Source: Marsupella aquatica
Lineage: Eukaryota; Plantae; Marchantiophyta
Length of the DNA stretch: 64,000 bases
Direction: 5' to 3'
Assembly: GCA_973895155.1 (NCBI GenBank)
Contig: OZ316899.1
Span: 3,493,455-3,557,454, forward strand
A model generated the notes under the pieces. That model had not been told where the DNA came from. It saw only the letters and a program-made list of their open reading frames with translations, and did no database searches. Below, piece by piece: positions 51,261 to 62,122 of the stretch. The position numbers and the translations under genes are program-made. Within the stretch, counting starts at the first letter, position 1. Each line of letters begins with the position of its first letter.

Positions 51261-51977
51261 GGACAGGTCTCAATTCTGCAAGTGCACCAAACACCATTCT
51301 CAGAGAAAAGACCAAAAGTGAACTTTGGATTAGGATTGTCTCAGTCCAAAAATACAAGACAATGGCTGACAAAAAAGAAAATTAACCTACATACCGTTTT
51401 TAGAAGCCTCACAATGTGTAGACGGATATGGAGACTTTAATTGGTGAGCGCATTCTGTGAGACCGAGAAGTATTTTAGATTGGTATGAATAAATAGAAAG
51501 TCAAAAGCTGAATTTCATTTCAAAATAAGAGATCCATATTCATCAATAATCATGTCAACACCAAGCTCTTGTTGGATTTCAAAATTGACATCTGAAGTAC
51601 TTTGTTCTACCCAATAAGGTGAAGTCCAAACAGGAGTTAACAACCCCAATTCTGCCCTCTTATACTCCTTATTGAGAATTGAAGGAGCAGCATCCAATGA
51701 TATTTCTTGGCCTTCTACCCCATTACTTGCTTTTTCAGACTTCTCATTTCCTTCTACCCCAGCTCCATCGGGAAGTTTCCCATCCAACCACAACTGGCAT
51801 ACCAAACTCCATAAATCAAAAAGAGCATTGTCCGCAAACAGTAACCAGTAAACATTTTGACAATCTTTCCTTCCCATGGTCATTCTTGCAAGAGCCAACC
51901 AATCCTACAATTGCAAAGGAAAGTCTTTTAGTTCTCCATAACTCAATTGTTTGAAAGCACTCAGGTGCAGACTGAGA

Positions 51978-52312
51978 TCATCCCAGTCCAACACAGAACT
52001 AGACAATATCAGTGGAAATATTTTATTGAATGTGCATGATTTAGTTTGGACTGGGACCATCCTAGTCCAAAACAAAACTAGACGGTATCAGTGGAAAAAT
52101 ATTCTATTGAATGTGCATGAATCCATTTGGACTGGGACCATCCCAGTCCAACACAAAACTAGACGATATCAGTGGAAATAGTCTATTGAATGTGCATGAT
52201 TCCATTTGGACTCGGACCATCCTAGTCCAACACAAAACTAGACAATATCAGTGGAAATATTCTACTGAATGTGCATGTATCCATTTGGACGTGGACCATC
52301 TCAATCCAAACC
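51978..52312. repeat. Four ~79-bp tandem units, each with a hairpin TTGGACTGGGA-CCA-TCCCAGTCCAA
   Basis: Units are visible directly; 11-bp stem and 3-nt loop at the unit junctions. Confidence 0.9.
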
Positions 52313-52399
52313 AAACTTGAAGCTTTGTGGTCAAAGACTACCATCTCAATTGTAACCACATATGGAGAGTCTGCGGTATTGTACCCATCAAGCAGTAAC

Positions 52400-52990
52400 A
52401 CTTCGTACCTGAAATTTTTGATTGTCTTGAGCGTTTGTTTTGTTGTCCTCATGTTTTGGCCGGCTAGGTCTTCCACATTCCACAAATTGTCGCCTAGCAT
52501 GAACAACTGTATCTTTGAAGCAGGACTGAAACACCATCGTGCTATTGATAGCATTAGATCGCATTGAATGCTCAACTAATATTGACGATGCTGTTCGATG
52601 AGATAATATTCTTGACTTTCAAAATTCCAGCTTTTTTGCCAATGTTGTTAGCTTGGCATCCTTGTTTGCCCATTCTTGAATCCATCTGGTTGCTCTGGCC
52701 GAATGTTGACCGCTAATGGCAAGGAATTGAACCTCACCCTTTTTCACGGCTGCTACAAAGTCCCTCCTATCTGATTCCGTGTTGTCATACTGCATTAGGT
52801 TTCTATGTTTTACAGTGTAAGGAATCAAGTTTGCTATGTGTGGTTCATGCCCCCGATTTCTTATCATGGAATTGGCCACCTCCTTTACATGGTCTGCATT
52901 CAACATTCTGTAACAGAGTCTTGCCGACGCAGGGAAAATACTCTTTACGGGAATAGAAAATATCAAATTGATCCCAAACATATAATATTG
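52400..52990 (-). other. ParB/Srx-like domain of element D
   Basis: FSIPVKSI..CYRMLNADHVKEVANSM...VQFLAISGQHSARA resembles ParB R...l.eLa.S and the G.HR/HS box. Confidence 0.6.
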
Positions 52991-54187
52991 CTCCATTTGT
53001 TGTAGTACCTCATTACCTTCTAAGACCTTCTTCTCCTCAGGAGCGTCCAACTGCTCGTCCACATCTTGTGAATGCACTGTCAGGTTTTTTGTAGTGTCAT
53101 CCATGATGGCACTGTCAATTTTCTGTTTCTTCTTCTGTCTTGGCCTCTTTTCACTTGCACTCGGCTTCGCAACCGGACGTTAATTTCTTCTCAATTGGCT
53201 TCTCAACTCGACTTCTCATGCTTGGGTTCTCAAATGGCTTCTCAACTGGAAGTTTCTTCTCAACCGGAGGTTTCCTTTGGCTTTGTTTTCATTTTCCCAC
53301 TGCTCTTTGAGAGGTTGCTGCTGTAGTTCCTGCGGTCTCTGTTGTAGGTTTTGGAGCTTTCTCTGGCGCTTGCTCGGGCACAGGGTTTGTATTCACCGCT
53401 GGAAGCTTTCTCGCCTTGGACAAAGATTCTATCCACTGCTTTGCTTTGACTAAATCAAACTTGGGAGCAAATGCAACATCTTTATCAATTAAAACCAGGC
53501 TCCTCTGACTCCAACGATAACAATCCAGCTTTCTCAAGTAAATTGCTTAACGTCTAGGTAGTTGGAAAAGAGAAATTGCCTTGGTGCTTCATCATGTTGA
53601 GTTTCAAATATTGAAACCCATACATAATGTCAACTGGAAGCATACCAGTTACCCCGTCGACCAAATTCTTTGTGTCATAGGTCTTTGGAAAAAATCCCAT
53701 TGACAAAACACTCAATTCCCCACTTGAGTGCCATTTGACATTGAATTTAGAGGAGTATGCCTTTGACAGAAGGTTAACTTTAACCCAACGAGACTTATCG
53801 TGCATCTCCAGAATGACCAAATTCATCCCTCTCCCCCCAATGCCAACAGAGACCACAGGTTCACAAACAAAAGTCAGGCTATCATTTGCCTAGAACTTTA
53901 AGGTCAAAACAGGTTCATTCGTGCTTGATGGCACTTCATTATTAAGCGGGGTTCTTGAGAACTCAAGCCCCCATCGGAAGCCTGGGGATCTCTCATCTAG
54001 TAAGAATCCGTCCAGGCAGTCGGTCGATGCAATCGTGGGTTTGAAACCAACAAGATCGTTCCCTGCATCATAAACGCCATCCATGTTAGACTTAAAACCT
54101 TTAAAACATTCGAATAACTCTTGTTGGATTAGGATGGTCCTAGTCCAACTTGAGATGGTTTTAGACTTGCTCCTACAATCGGGATTC

Positions 54188-54355
54188 AATCTCCTGGGTG
54201 GATTAGGATCATCCGAGTCCAACTTTGGATTGGGATCATCCGAGTCCAACTTTGGATTGGGATCATCCGAGTCCATCTTTGGATTGGGATCATCCGAGTC
54301 CATCTTTGGATTGGGATGGTCCCAGTCCAACTTTGGATTTGGATGGTCCCAGTCC
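54188..54355. repeat. 27-bp palindromic minisatellite (in frame as DPNPKLDSD repeats on the minus strand)
   Basis: GGATTGGGATCATCCGAGTCCAACTTT repeated ~6 times. Confidence 0.9.
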
Positions 54356-55614
54356 TCTTAGACTTAGGGAGGATAGGTGATGGATACTTACAAGGGATTC
54401 ATGATTGAAATTGTCTGCCAGAGTCTTCAAGTGCCAGTTCTACAGAGTTGCTTATAGAGGAGAGGTCAAACTCCTCCGTTGCTTCCACAGTGGACAGCAC
54501 AGGGATGCAATTTGCTTCCATCTTGCTGACAAGTGGCATCGTGACACGTGGTGTCTTAGCAGGCGTCTGATCTAGGGCAATGAAAAAGAATGGAGGTGGA
54601 GGCGGAAGGCAGAGGCAAGCGGAGACAGGGAGCGAACGGAGAGCGAAGAGTGGAGAGCGAGAGCAAGAGAGCAGAGAGCGAGAGAGCGGACGGCGAGAGG
54701 AGAGTGAGGAGCAGAGCAAGAGGAGGAGGAGAGCGAGAGTGAGGAGCGGAAAGTAAGAGAATGAGAATGAGGTCCTGGCTGGACCTCTTCGTCCCTTTAC
54801 CCCCTCCTGCCTCACCCCGGCCTGCGTACGGCCGGTTGCCTCTGTATGGCCTTCCTGCGTACGGCCTGCTCCTGCGCACAACTTTCTGGCCTTCCTGCGT
54901 GCGGCCTGCTCCTGCGTATGGCCCGTTGCCCTCACCCTGAATACGAGCCTCCTTCCTTGATGTCCTGCCCAACAACCTTGGATGGTAGTCCACGCGCAAT
55001 TAGGCTCGTGAAGATAAGGTGTGTCCGCAAGCTAAGGTGAAGGGGTACTCGACCCTTATCTTCATGCAATTTCCGGTTGAGCCAACTTGAGCGAAGGGTA
55101 TAATTTGGGAGACGCCCACTTCGGAGCTCATTCTTGTTCTAGTTTCCCAAATCTAAGCTCCATGTAATCCGGAGTTTCTCTTAAAGTTTTATGTATTGAG
55201 CCACTTACCTTCAATGGGTCAGCTTATGTAGCTTCTTGACTTTTGGAGTCCTCTCAATTTTTTTACAGGCATGTGTGGTTTAGGGTTCAGTAGGTTTTTC
55301 GCTCCCAAGATTTAGTGGCATATAGCTTGTATTTCAAGATTCTGGGAAAGTTTTTACCCATCTACAAACAACAATGTGTACCCCTTGGATGTGATATTCA
55401 TCTTCTACTAGATCTTAATACTAAGGTGAGTATAAGGTTAATGCATTCAAATATAAGGTTCCATTATTTCATGAGACTGTATGTAGACATTAGGGTCTGC
55501 CTTAAGACCATGCAAACTTTAGGCTACACCATATAGGGAGATCCATAAAATACGGAGTCTTCCTAAATTTGGATTTGTCTTAGCTTAAGATGTTTGAAGT
55601 TTATCTCCCATTAC

Positions 55615-56520
55615 ATGGGTTGGTCTAGGATGGTCCTAGTCCAAGTTTGGATTTGGATGGTCCTAGTCCAAGTTTGGCTTAGGATCATCCGAGTCCAACT
55701 TTGCATTGGGATCATCCGAGTCCAATTTTGGATTGGGATGGTCCGAGTCCAACTTTCCATTAGGATGGTCCGAGTCCAAGTTTGGACTTGGATGGTCCGA
55801 GTCCTAGTTTGGACTTGGATGCTCCGAGTCCAACTTTGGATTAGGATGGTCCGAGTCCAACTTTGGATTAGGATGGTCTGAGTCCAACTTTGGACTTCGA
55901 TGGTCCAAGTCCTAGGTTGGATTGGGATGGTCTGAGTCCTAGTTTGGATTGGGATGGTCCGAGTCCTAGTTTGGATTGGGTTGGCCCGAGTCCTAGTTTG
56001 GATTGGGATGGTCCGAGTCCTAGTTTGGATTGGGTTGGCCCAAGTCCTAGTTTGGACTTGGATGGTGCAATTCCAAGTTTGGATTGGGATGGTCCTAGTC
56101 CAACTTTGGACTGGGATGGTCCCAGTCCAAATCCGGACTTAGATGGTCCCAATCCAAATCCAGAATTGGAGGACCTTAGTCCAAATCCAGACTCGAAGGA
56201 TTGCAGTCCAAATCCAAACTTGGATGGTCCCGGTCCAAATCTGGACTCGGATGGTCCTAGTCCAAATCCAGAATTGGAGGATCGTAGTCCAAATCCAGAC
56301 TCGGAGGATTGCAGTCCAAATCCGGACTTGGATGGTCCTGGTCCAAATCCGGACTCGGATGGTCCCAGTCCAAATCCAGAATTGGAGGATCGTAGTCCAA
56401 ATCTAGACTTGGATGGTCCCGGTCCAAATCCGAACTCAGATGGTCCCAGTCCAAATCCAGAATCGGAGGATTGTAGTCCAAATCCAGACTTGGATGGTAC
56501 CGGTCCAAATCCAAACTTGG
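55615..56520. repeat. Large 27-bp (and 33-bp) palindromic minisatellite array
   Basis: TTGGA(T/C)TGGGATGGTCC(C/G)AGTCCAA units over ~900 bp; produces repetitive LDWDGPSPS ORFs. Confidence 0.92.
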
Positions 56521-56959
56521 TTGGTCTAATTAAAATTTTAGATTCAACATTTGGTCTGAATCAAAATTTGCATGACTTTGGTTTTAATCCATTTTTTTCA
56601 GTGTGTAGGATAATAGGAAAAGGATGTCTCAAAGGTTTTCTAGGGGCGATGATGTGACCTTGACAATGGATGGTTACAACATTGGAAACGGGACAATTCA
56701 AAAGACAGATCCGCGAGAGAGTGTTCAAAATATTGTGTTGGGAGAGAATTGAATTGGGGTTCTCATTGAGAAGGCCTTTGGTGAGACCAGGAAGCTCCCT
56801 TTTCCAATACCTAGGGTGGAAAATATTCATGATGCCATTGACTCATGTGTCATTTGGGATATGTCATGTGCATATCGATCTGCGGATAAGATTACTCAAA
56901 ATGCATCAGTATTGGTATTTGTTCAACTCGAAAAGATAACAACATCCATAATTTTGCAA

Positions 56960-58140
56960 ATGTAGAGGAGGATGCTTCGACCACCCTAAGGCCAGGCAAT
57001 GGGGTTGAAATGTTTATCTCTGGCCATTGTGTGGCCTTTGGAGTTGTTTTCAAGACCGATCCAATGGAGAGATGTCATAACATATTACTCGGTGAGTCTC
57101 GGGTTAGTGTAAAAATCACAGATGTGATTCATGGTAGTAAGACTTTACCTTATGCACATGGTGGAGCTGCAACAATTGAAGAGGCAAAGGGCTCTTGGGT
57201 TCTATGGGATGTGGCTGACATCCACAATAAAGTATGGGATGTTGATATCGATGGGAGCAACAAATCTTCCTCTAAGAAGCAAAAGGACAAGGCGGATTTT
57301 GTTTCACAGTCTTGTTTGGCGAACACCATAGACACTAAGCGTGACTATTTTCATCGGGAAAACTGGATGTCATAGTTGGTTGAACTCTACACTAGTTTGC
57401 ATCAAACCAAAATGGTTGCCACTAGAACGATCATTGTCCTTCAAGTGACGGAGGCAGTTGATGATGAAATTCTTGGTGATGACCATGTTGGGATTGTTGT
57501 GAAAGATGTCGTGGCAGCACAATACTTTCCCAACATCCACAAGGGAGTAGTGAGTTTGATTCGATGGCGGATTGATTCAACAAAACTAGTGGCAAATGGA
57601 AAAATTTTGTCAGACATTTTGGTGGAAGGTTCTGAGAGGATGGACTCAATGGATAGGGATGAACTCAATGCAGATGTAAGTGACAGAGGAGTACCGCGTT
57701 CAAGGCCTTACAATTTTAACAAGAGGAATCAAGTAGATCCAAATGAAAAGAAGAGGAGGTTGTTGGAAACCAAGGCAATTTCAAAAACAACAGAGGCGTC
57801 AATTGATGACGTGAAAAGAGAAAATTGTTGCAAGCAAAAATGTTGTCTCATTATGCCAAGGGAAAACATCAAAGATATTAGGATGGAATTTCATGGGATG
57901 TCAAGCTAGTCAAAAACATCACACATTTTCAACCTCTTTCACTATAGAGAGGATGATGTTCATGATAAGGGACATCATGTTCTTAAGGGTATGGTCGTAT
58001 GCAGACATGCATTTGCAATGATCCACGGTTTTAGTCACACCAAATATTATGATTACAAAAGGAGATATGTGGAGGGTTGCAAAATTGGGTTCCATGGCAA
58101 TACGGGCTTGATGAAAACAAGGGCAAATACCTTGCATGCA
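56960..58140 (+). pseudogene. Transposase-like gene N-terminus (two Tnp1/EnSpm-like beta domains plus Cys/His-rich region), truncated by LTR A3
   Basis: One frame with two stops: VAFGVV..D..CHNILLGESRVSVKI..LPY..TIEEAKGSWVLW; second copy VAT..I..ILGDDHVGIVV; CCKQKCC..R..F..VVCRHAFAMIHG..YY.YK..HGNTG. Confidence 0.5.
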
Positions 58141-59031
58141 TGTCACGTCGTCGGCTTCGGCCTTAACTCAGACTTCAGCTTAGACAGGCACATCCCTCGT
58201 AAATCTGAGGGTTCGGGCAGGGAGGGAAGCGCGTAATGCACCTAATTCACGTAAACTAGCGCTAAGTGCGCCTACTGTTAGATACGGACATCTCCTAGGT
58301 ATGGTTTGTGTTCCGCCGCCGGAACGTACCTTAGTCGATAACAGGATCGACCCCGGCTTAAGGACTTCTAAGCCTTCGTGTTGTCCGCCTTCGATCCGGA
58401 TTCCATGATACAGGTCCTCAACCCGTGCTCGCAACCACATCCCCGCAAGCTGCACCTCGTGCACGATTCGGGTAGTGCGTTCGGCCCGGCGTTGTCACCT
58501 ATACATGAGATTCACACACACATACACGCGCACAAGCATACAATCTCGATTTACACGAAGGAAATAATGGGAAAGGATTTTACTACATAGGGGACATGTG
58601 CGTACACTTGGTTGACCCGATAGCTCCGGAATGAACAGGTTCAAGGCCGAGAGTAACTACAACGGAGCCCGGCTCCGCACTCGCCCGACGAGCTTAGTCC
58701 TACCCCCTCCCCTTGGTACTCTTTCACTCCCAGAGGCCGCGACTCCCCGCACATACCACGGATGTCCAACTCTGAGACTAAAAACCCCCCTGCCTCTACC
58801 GAGGGGTGCACTAAATACTAAGGGCCGAGGGACGGGGTGTCCTCTCGCCAAAGATTCGCTGACTAAGGTCCTAACTAAGCTGACAGTCAGGCCAGAAAAC
58901 GGCTGTGTCTTATTAGAAGATCCTAATCTACGCAGGCTGGACAGCATGGCAGCGCTGCTGTACCTAAGGCAGGTGCCTGTCCCAAGAGCCTGACTAAGCT
59001 ATCCTAATCCTAATCTATTCCTGCTCCACTG

Positions 59032-61688
59032 CTAATGCCTGGCACGCTTGCCAGAGCCGCCCGAATGGGAGCGGCCATCCCGCTGCCTTCGAAGCCTGTC
59101 ATTGTCCGCCTTGAGGAGCTGGACCTGGTCTAGCAGAGATTCGTTCTCTCGCCTCGCCGCGTCCATCTCCTCTGCTGCCTCCTGACATGCCTCCTCCAGC
59201 TGCTGGGCGTCGCTCGTCAGTTTACCCGCCAGCTGGTCCTGCTTCTCGGCCTCGGTTTGGAGCCGCACCACCTCGGCCTGTAGCGTGGCTATATCCGCAG
59301 TGTCCCGCTGGGCCCGTTCTTCGGCCTCCTCTAGGTCCTTCTGCCAGATGACAGTTTGATTCTTCAAACTGTCAATCTGGTTCCGGAGTCGTGCAATCTC
59401 GGCCTCGTTCCCAGCTTTGGCCTGCTCGGCTAGGGCGGTAAGGGCGTGCGCCTTTGCTAACAAATCATCGGTGGCTGCAACCTTGGGTCGTAGTTGCAGA
59501 AGCTCAGCCTCTTGAGCTGCAACTTCGTTCTTTAAGTAGACGGACTCCACCCGGTACCGCTCTATCCTCTGAAGGGCCTCTGACTGGGCCCGACCTGCCT
59601 TTACTGCGGCAACTAACTCCTGATTGAAGAAACAGGCTACCTTCTGGGCCATGAACTCCCCGGTATCCCAGGCAATTTGATGAGAGAAATCTCCCAGAGC
59701 CCGTTCAGAAATGTACCCGGTACGAAGAGTTCCGGGTGGTCCAGGTTGTGCCTGTCCGGAGTTGGGCACGGGCAGATGTCAACACGCGCGGGGGCCGGGG
59801 TTGTGACGTCCAGCCCTGGGGACGTAATGTTGGAAGGGGCTGGAGTGTCCTCCTGCAGCAATGTTCGGTTCTCCGAAATAGCCACCGGTGGGTCTTTGGG
59901 AGACCCGGGCTCGGGTAAGACCTCCGCCGTACCGACTTCTGTACTTAGCCCGGCCTGTTGGATCGCATCAACGGTTGCGACAACCGACCCATCTGGTACC
60001 TCCTCGGTTACGACTACAACTACTTGTGGAGGTGGGGTGGGTGAAGCTGGCGTGTCCGCTGGACTTTGGGCCTCGGGTTGGGGCCGTCTCTCCAAGGCCG
60101 GAAAAACCCACCTAGCTGGGACCAGCTTTGTAACGTTGACACGGGGAAGGGTTCGTCGATCAAACCGAGCGTACCACTCAAGAATGATCTCGATGTGGCT
60201 AGCGAAATACGCCTTCCCGCCAATGTATAGCGTCTTCCTTCGCCACTCCATCTCTTCATGGAATTTCTTAGCGAAGTACGACGCCCACTTCCTAGGTCGA
60301 TAGTTCTCGACCTGGATAACCTGGGCGGCGGAGATCTCCCCCCGGGGTTCCATCATGTGGAGGGCATACCTCTGGAACTCCAGTCGCTCAGCTATCTCGG
60401 GGATGAGGCAGGTCCTCATCACAAACCCGTTGTCCACTGCTCCTTCCGAGGGAAAACTTGAGGATTGGTACTTGGCTCCCTTGCCCCCGGGAGCCCATGA
60501 TTCGACTCGATGGTCACCTTTGGGTAATCCAAAGATCATCCTGAGCCGTTCTTCCGTGAGGGACATATTCCTTCCCCGCAACCGAGTATGCTGACGTGTA
60601 TCATCATAATTCTTGATGAATTCTGTCATGTCCTCCCCGTAGTACTTGCAAGTGTTCTAGGGCAGAGCGACGAGGTGCTCGAATCCCTGAGTCTTCAGGT
60701 ACACCGCATGCTTGGGATGGAGGATGTTCTTATGCACGTTTTCCCCCATGCGGTGCATTGTTACCTTGGCCACGGCTACCGTGGCCAATGGTAACCCGGA
60801 TGCAGTGGCGGGTTCCTTCCTCTTCTTCCCCCGTGACTGGCTCGGGGAAGGTGACACCTCCCCATCCTCTCGATCAGGCATAGGTAGTACTACCGCCGTT
60901 AGTATTGGTCCCAGGGCGGCCACGGTCACCGTGTTGTCTGTTGGAGCCACTCCTTGGGTCCGAGCATGGGGAGGGGACGATGCAGTGTCGGCCCCCTGAG
61001 TGTTTACTCCTCTGGGCCGCCTGAGCAAGGGTGGGGTAGCCTCGTCGTCATCGCTAAGGTCCACAGCGTTGATGACGGAGTGTACTTGTACTGCTGGCGG
61101 GGCGATCGGCGGTGGGGGTTGGCTAGGCTGAGGCTGAGACTGAAGCTGAGCCTGAAGCTGAGCCTGAGCCTGAGGCTGCGTTGGTACGGGTACGGGTATG
61201 GGGTCCACTGGGCTGGCGCCGGTGGTTGCGGGTCTAGTTCCCATGAAGCTCTGCAGGTGCTGGTAGAAGTTCTCCGAAGCAAGTGCGGACGACCTTGTCG
61301 AACGGGTAGTGGTGGACTCGCTGTTGATGATAGCCCGAACCTGAGCAGGGATGTGGTCAAAGTGATGTCGTTGCAAGTCGATCATACCCGGGATATTGAA
61401 GACCTCGTCCGGAAGCCGAAGCAATGCTTCCCAGAAACCGATATATTTGTCTCCGTTGAAGAAGTACCCAGATACCTCTGCTGGTCGGTAAAGCTCGCTC
61501 TGAGACGGGTAGTCAAAGTTAAGGATGTAGTGGTGTCGTCCTGCTAGGCGGATGGCTCTCTCGTACTCGCGTTCGATTTCGTATCGGCGCGGGTTGGCGT
61601 GTTTCAATGAGTCGGCCAAGTGCCTTCCGGTAGATAGGAACTGCGTCCAGAATCAAATGGCTGAGCTGGAGAGGATCGTGTGCGACAT
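59032..61688 (-). pseudogene. LTR-internal ORF of A3 (~880 aa when repaired)
   Basis: ORFs 60657-61619 and 59637-60629 share a frame (TAG at a Trp position); a single frameshift leads to 59032-59769; ATG at 61688. Confidence 0.78.
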
Positions 61689-61788
61689 TCAGAGGAGATA
61701 GTAGTGGCGACTTAGAGCAAACGAGAGAGCTGGGGTCGAAGCTGGCGCGTGGACTGATGGACTGGTGCACTCCAAAGGGTCGGCTCCC

Positions 61789-61796
61789 TTTTTATA
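61789..61796 (-). promoter_or_regulatory. TATA box in LTR A3
   Basis: TATAAAAA on the minus strand ~100 nt upstream of the ATG at 61688. Confidence 0.55.
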
Positions 61797-62122
61797 CCTT
61801 GAGGGCTTGCCGATCCCCCGACATCTCCTCGACGCCCATAGGCTGAACTGCTCACGCTTGTGGTGTACCGGCCACTCCGCCGGTCTGAGTCAGCGCGTGT
61901 CAGTGGCCGCTTCCTTAAGTTCATTATACGGACCTGAGGGAGGGGCCCCTCCACGCTCGTAACCCGGGTGTGCGAATAGCAACCCGTCGCCAGTCCAAAC
62001 CTGAATTCCCCCTTATTGCCTAATGATGTCCTACCCATAATGATTACCTAAATACTGTTGTTATGCTAATAATAGCGGCCTAAGACACTCCTAACGTGCG
62101 TGCTGAGCGCAGTTAGACCGAA

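Larger units (their letters stand above)
50244..54540 (-). pseudogene. Multi-exon gene with ParB-like and FCP1/NIF (HAD) phosphatase-like domains, degraded
   Basis: Near-continuous frames from ~54540 to ~52400, an intron containing the 79-bp array, an exon starting DWLALARM (~51904), and phosphatase exons at 51260-50690. Confidence 0.6.
49218..58140. mobile_element. Putative DNA transposon D (divergent cargo and transposase-like genes, palindromic arrays); ends not found
   Basis: Minus-strand ParB-like/FCP1-like gene, plus-strand transposase-like frame truncated by LTR A3, and a shared palindromic repeat throughout. Confidence 0.45.

Noticed and set aside
51978-52312. Hairpin repeats with regular spacing resembling a CRISPR array
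   Set aside because: The intervening sequences are near-identical rather than unique spacers, there are no cas genes, and the context is a eukaryotic intron.
54399-55040. GA-rich, GC-rich ORFs as independent genes
   Set aside because: Simple-sequence promoter/5' UTR-like DNA; only the segment from ~54540 downward plausibly belongs to the minus-strand gene.
55594-56657. Several ORFs of repeated peptides (LDWDGPSPS, MVRVQ, GPSQSKLGL) as real proteins
   Set aside because: They are open in multiple frames on both strands because the 27-bp unit lacks stops; coding status is unsupported, although a first exon cannot be excluded.
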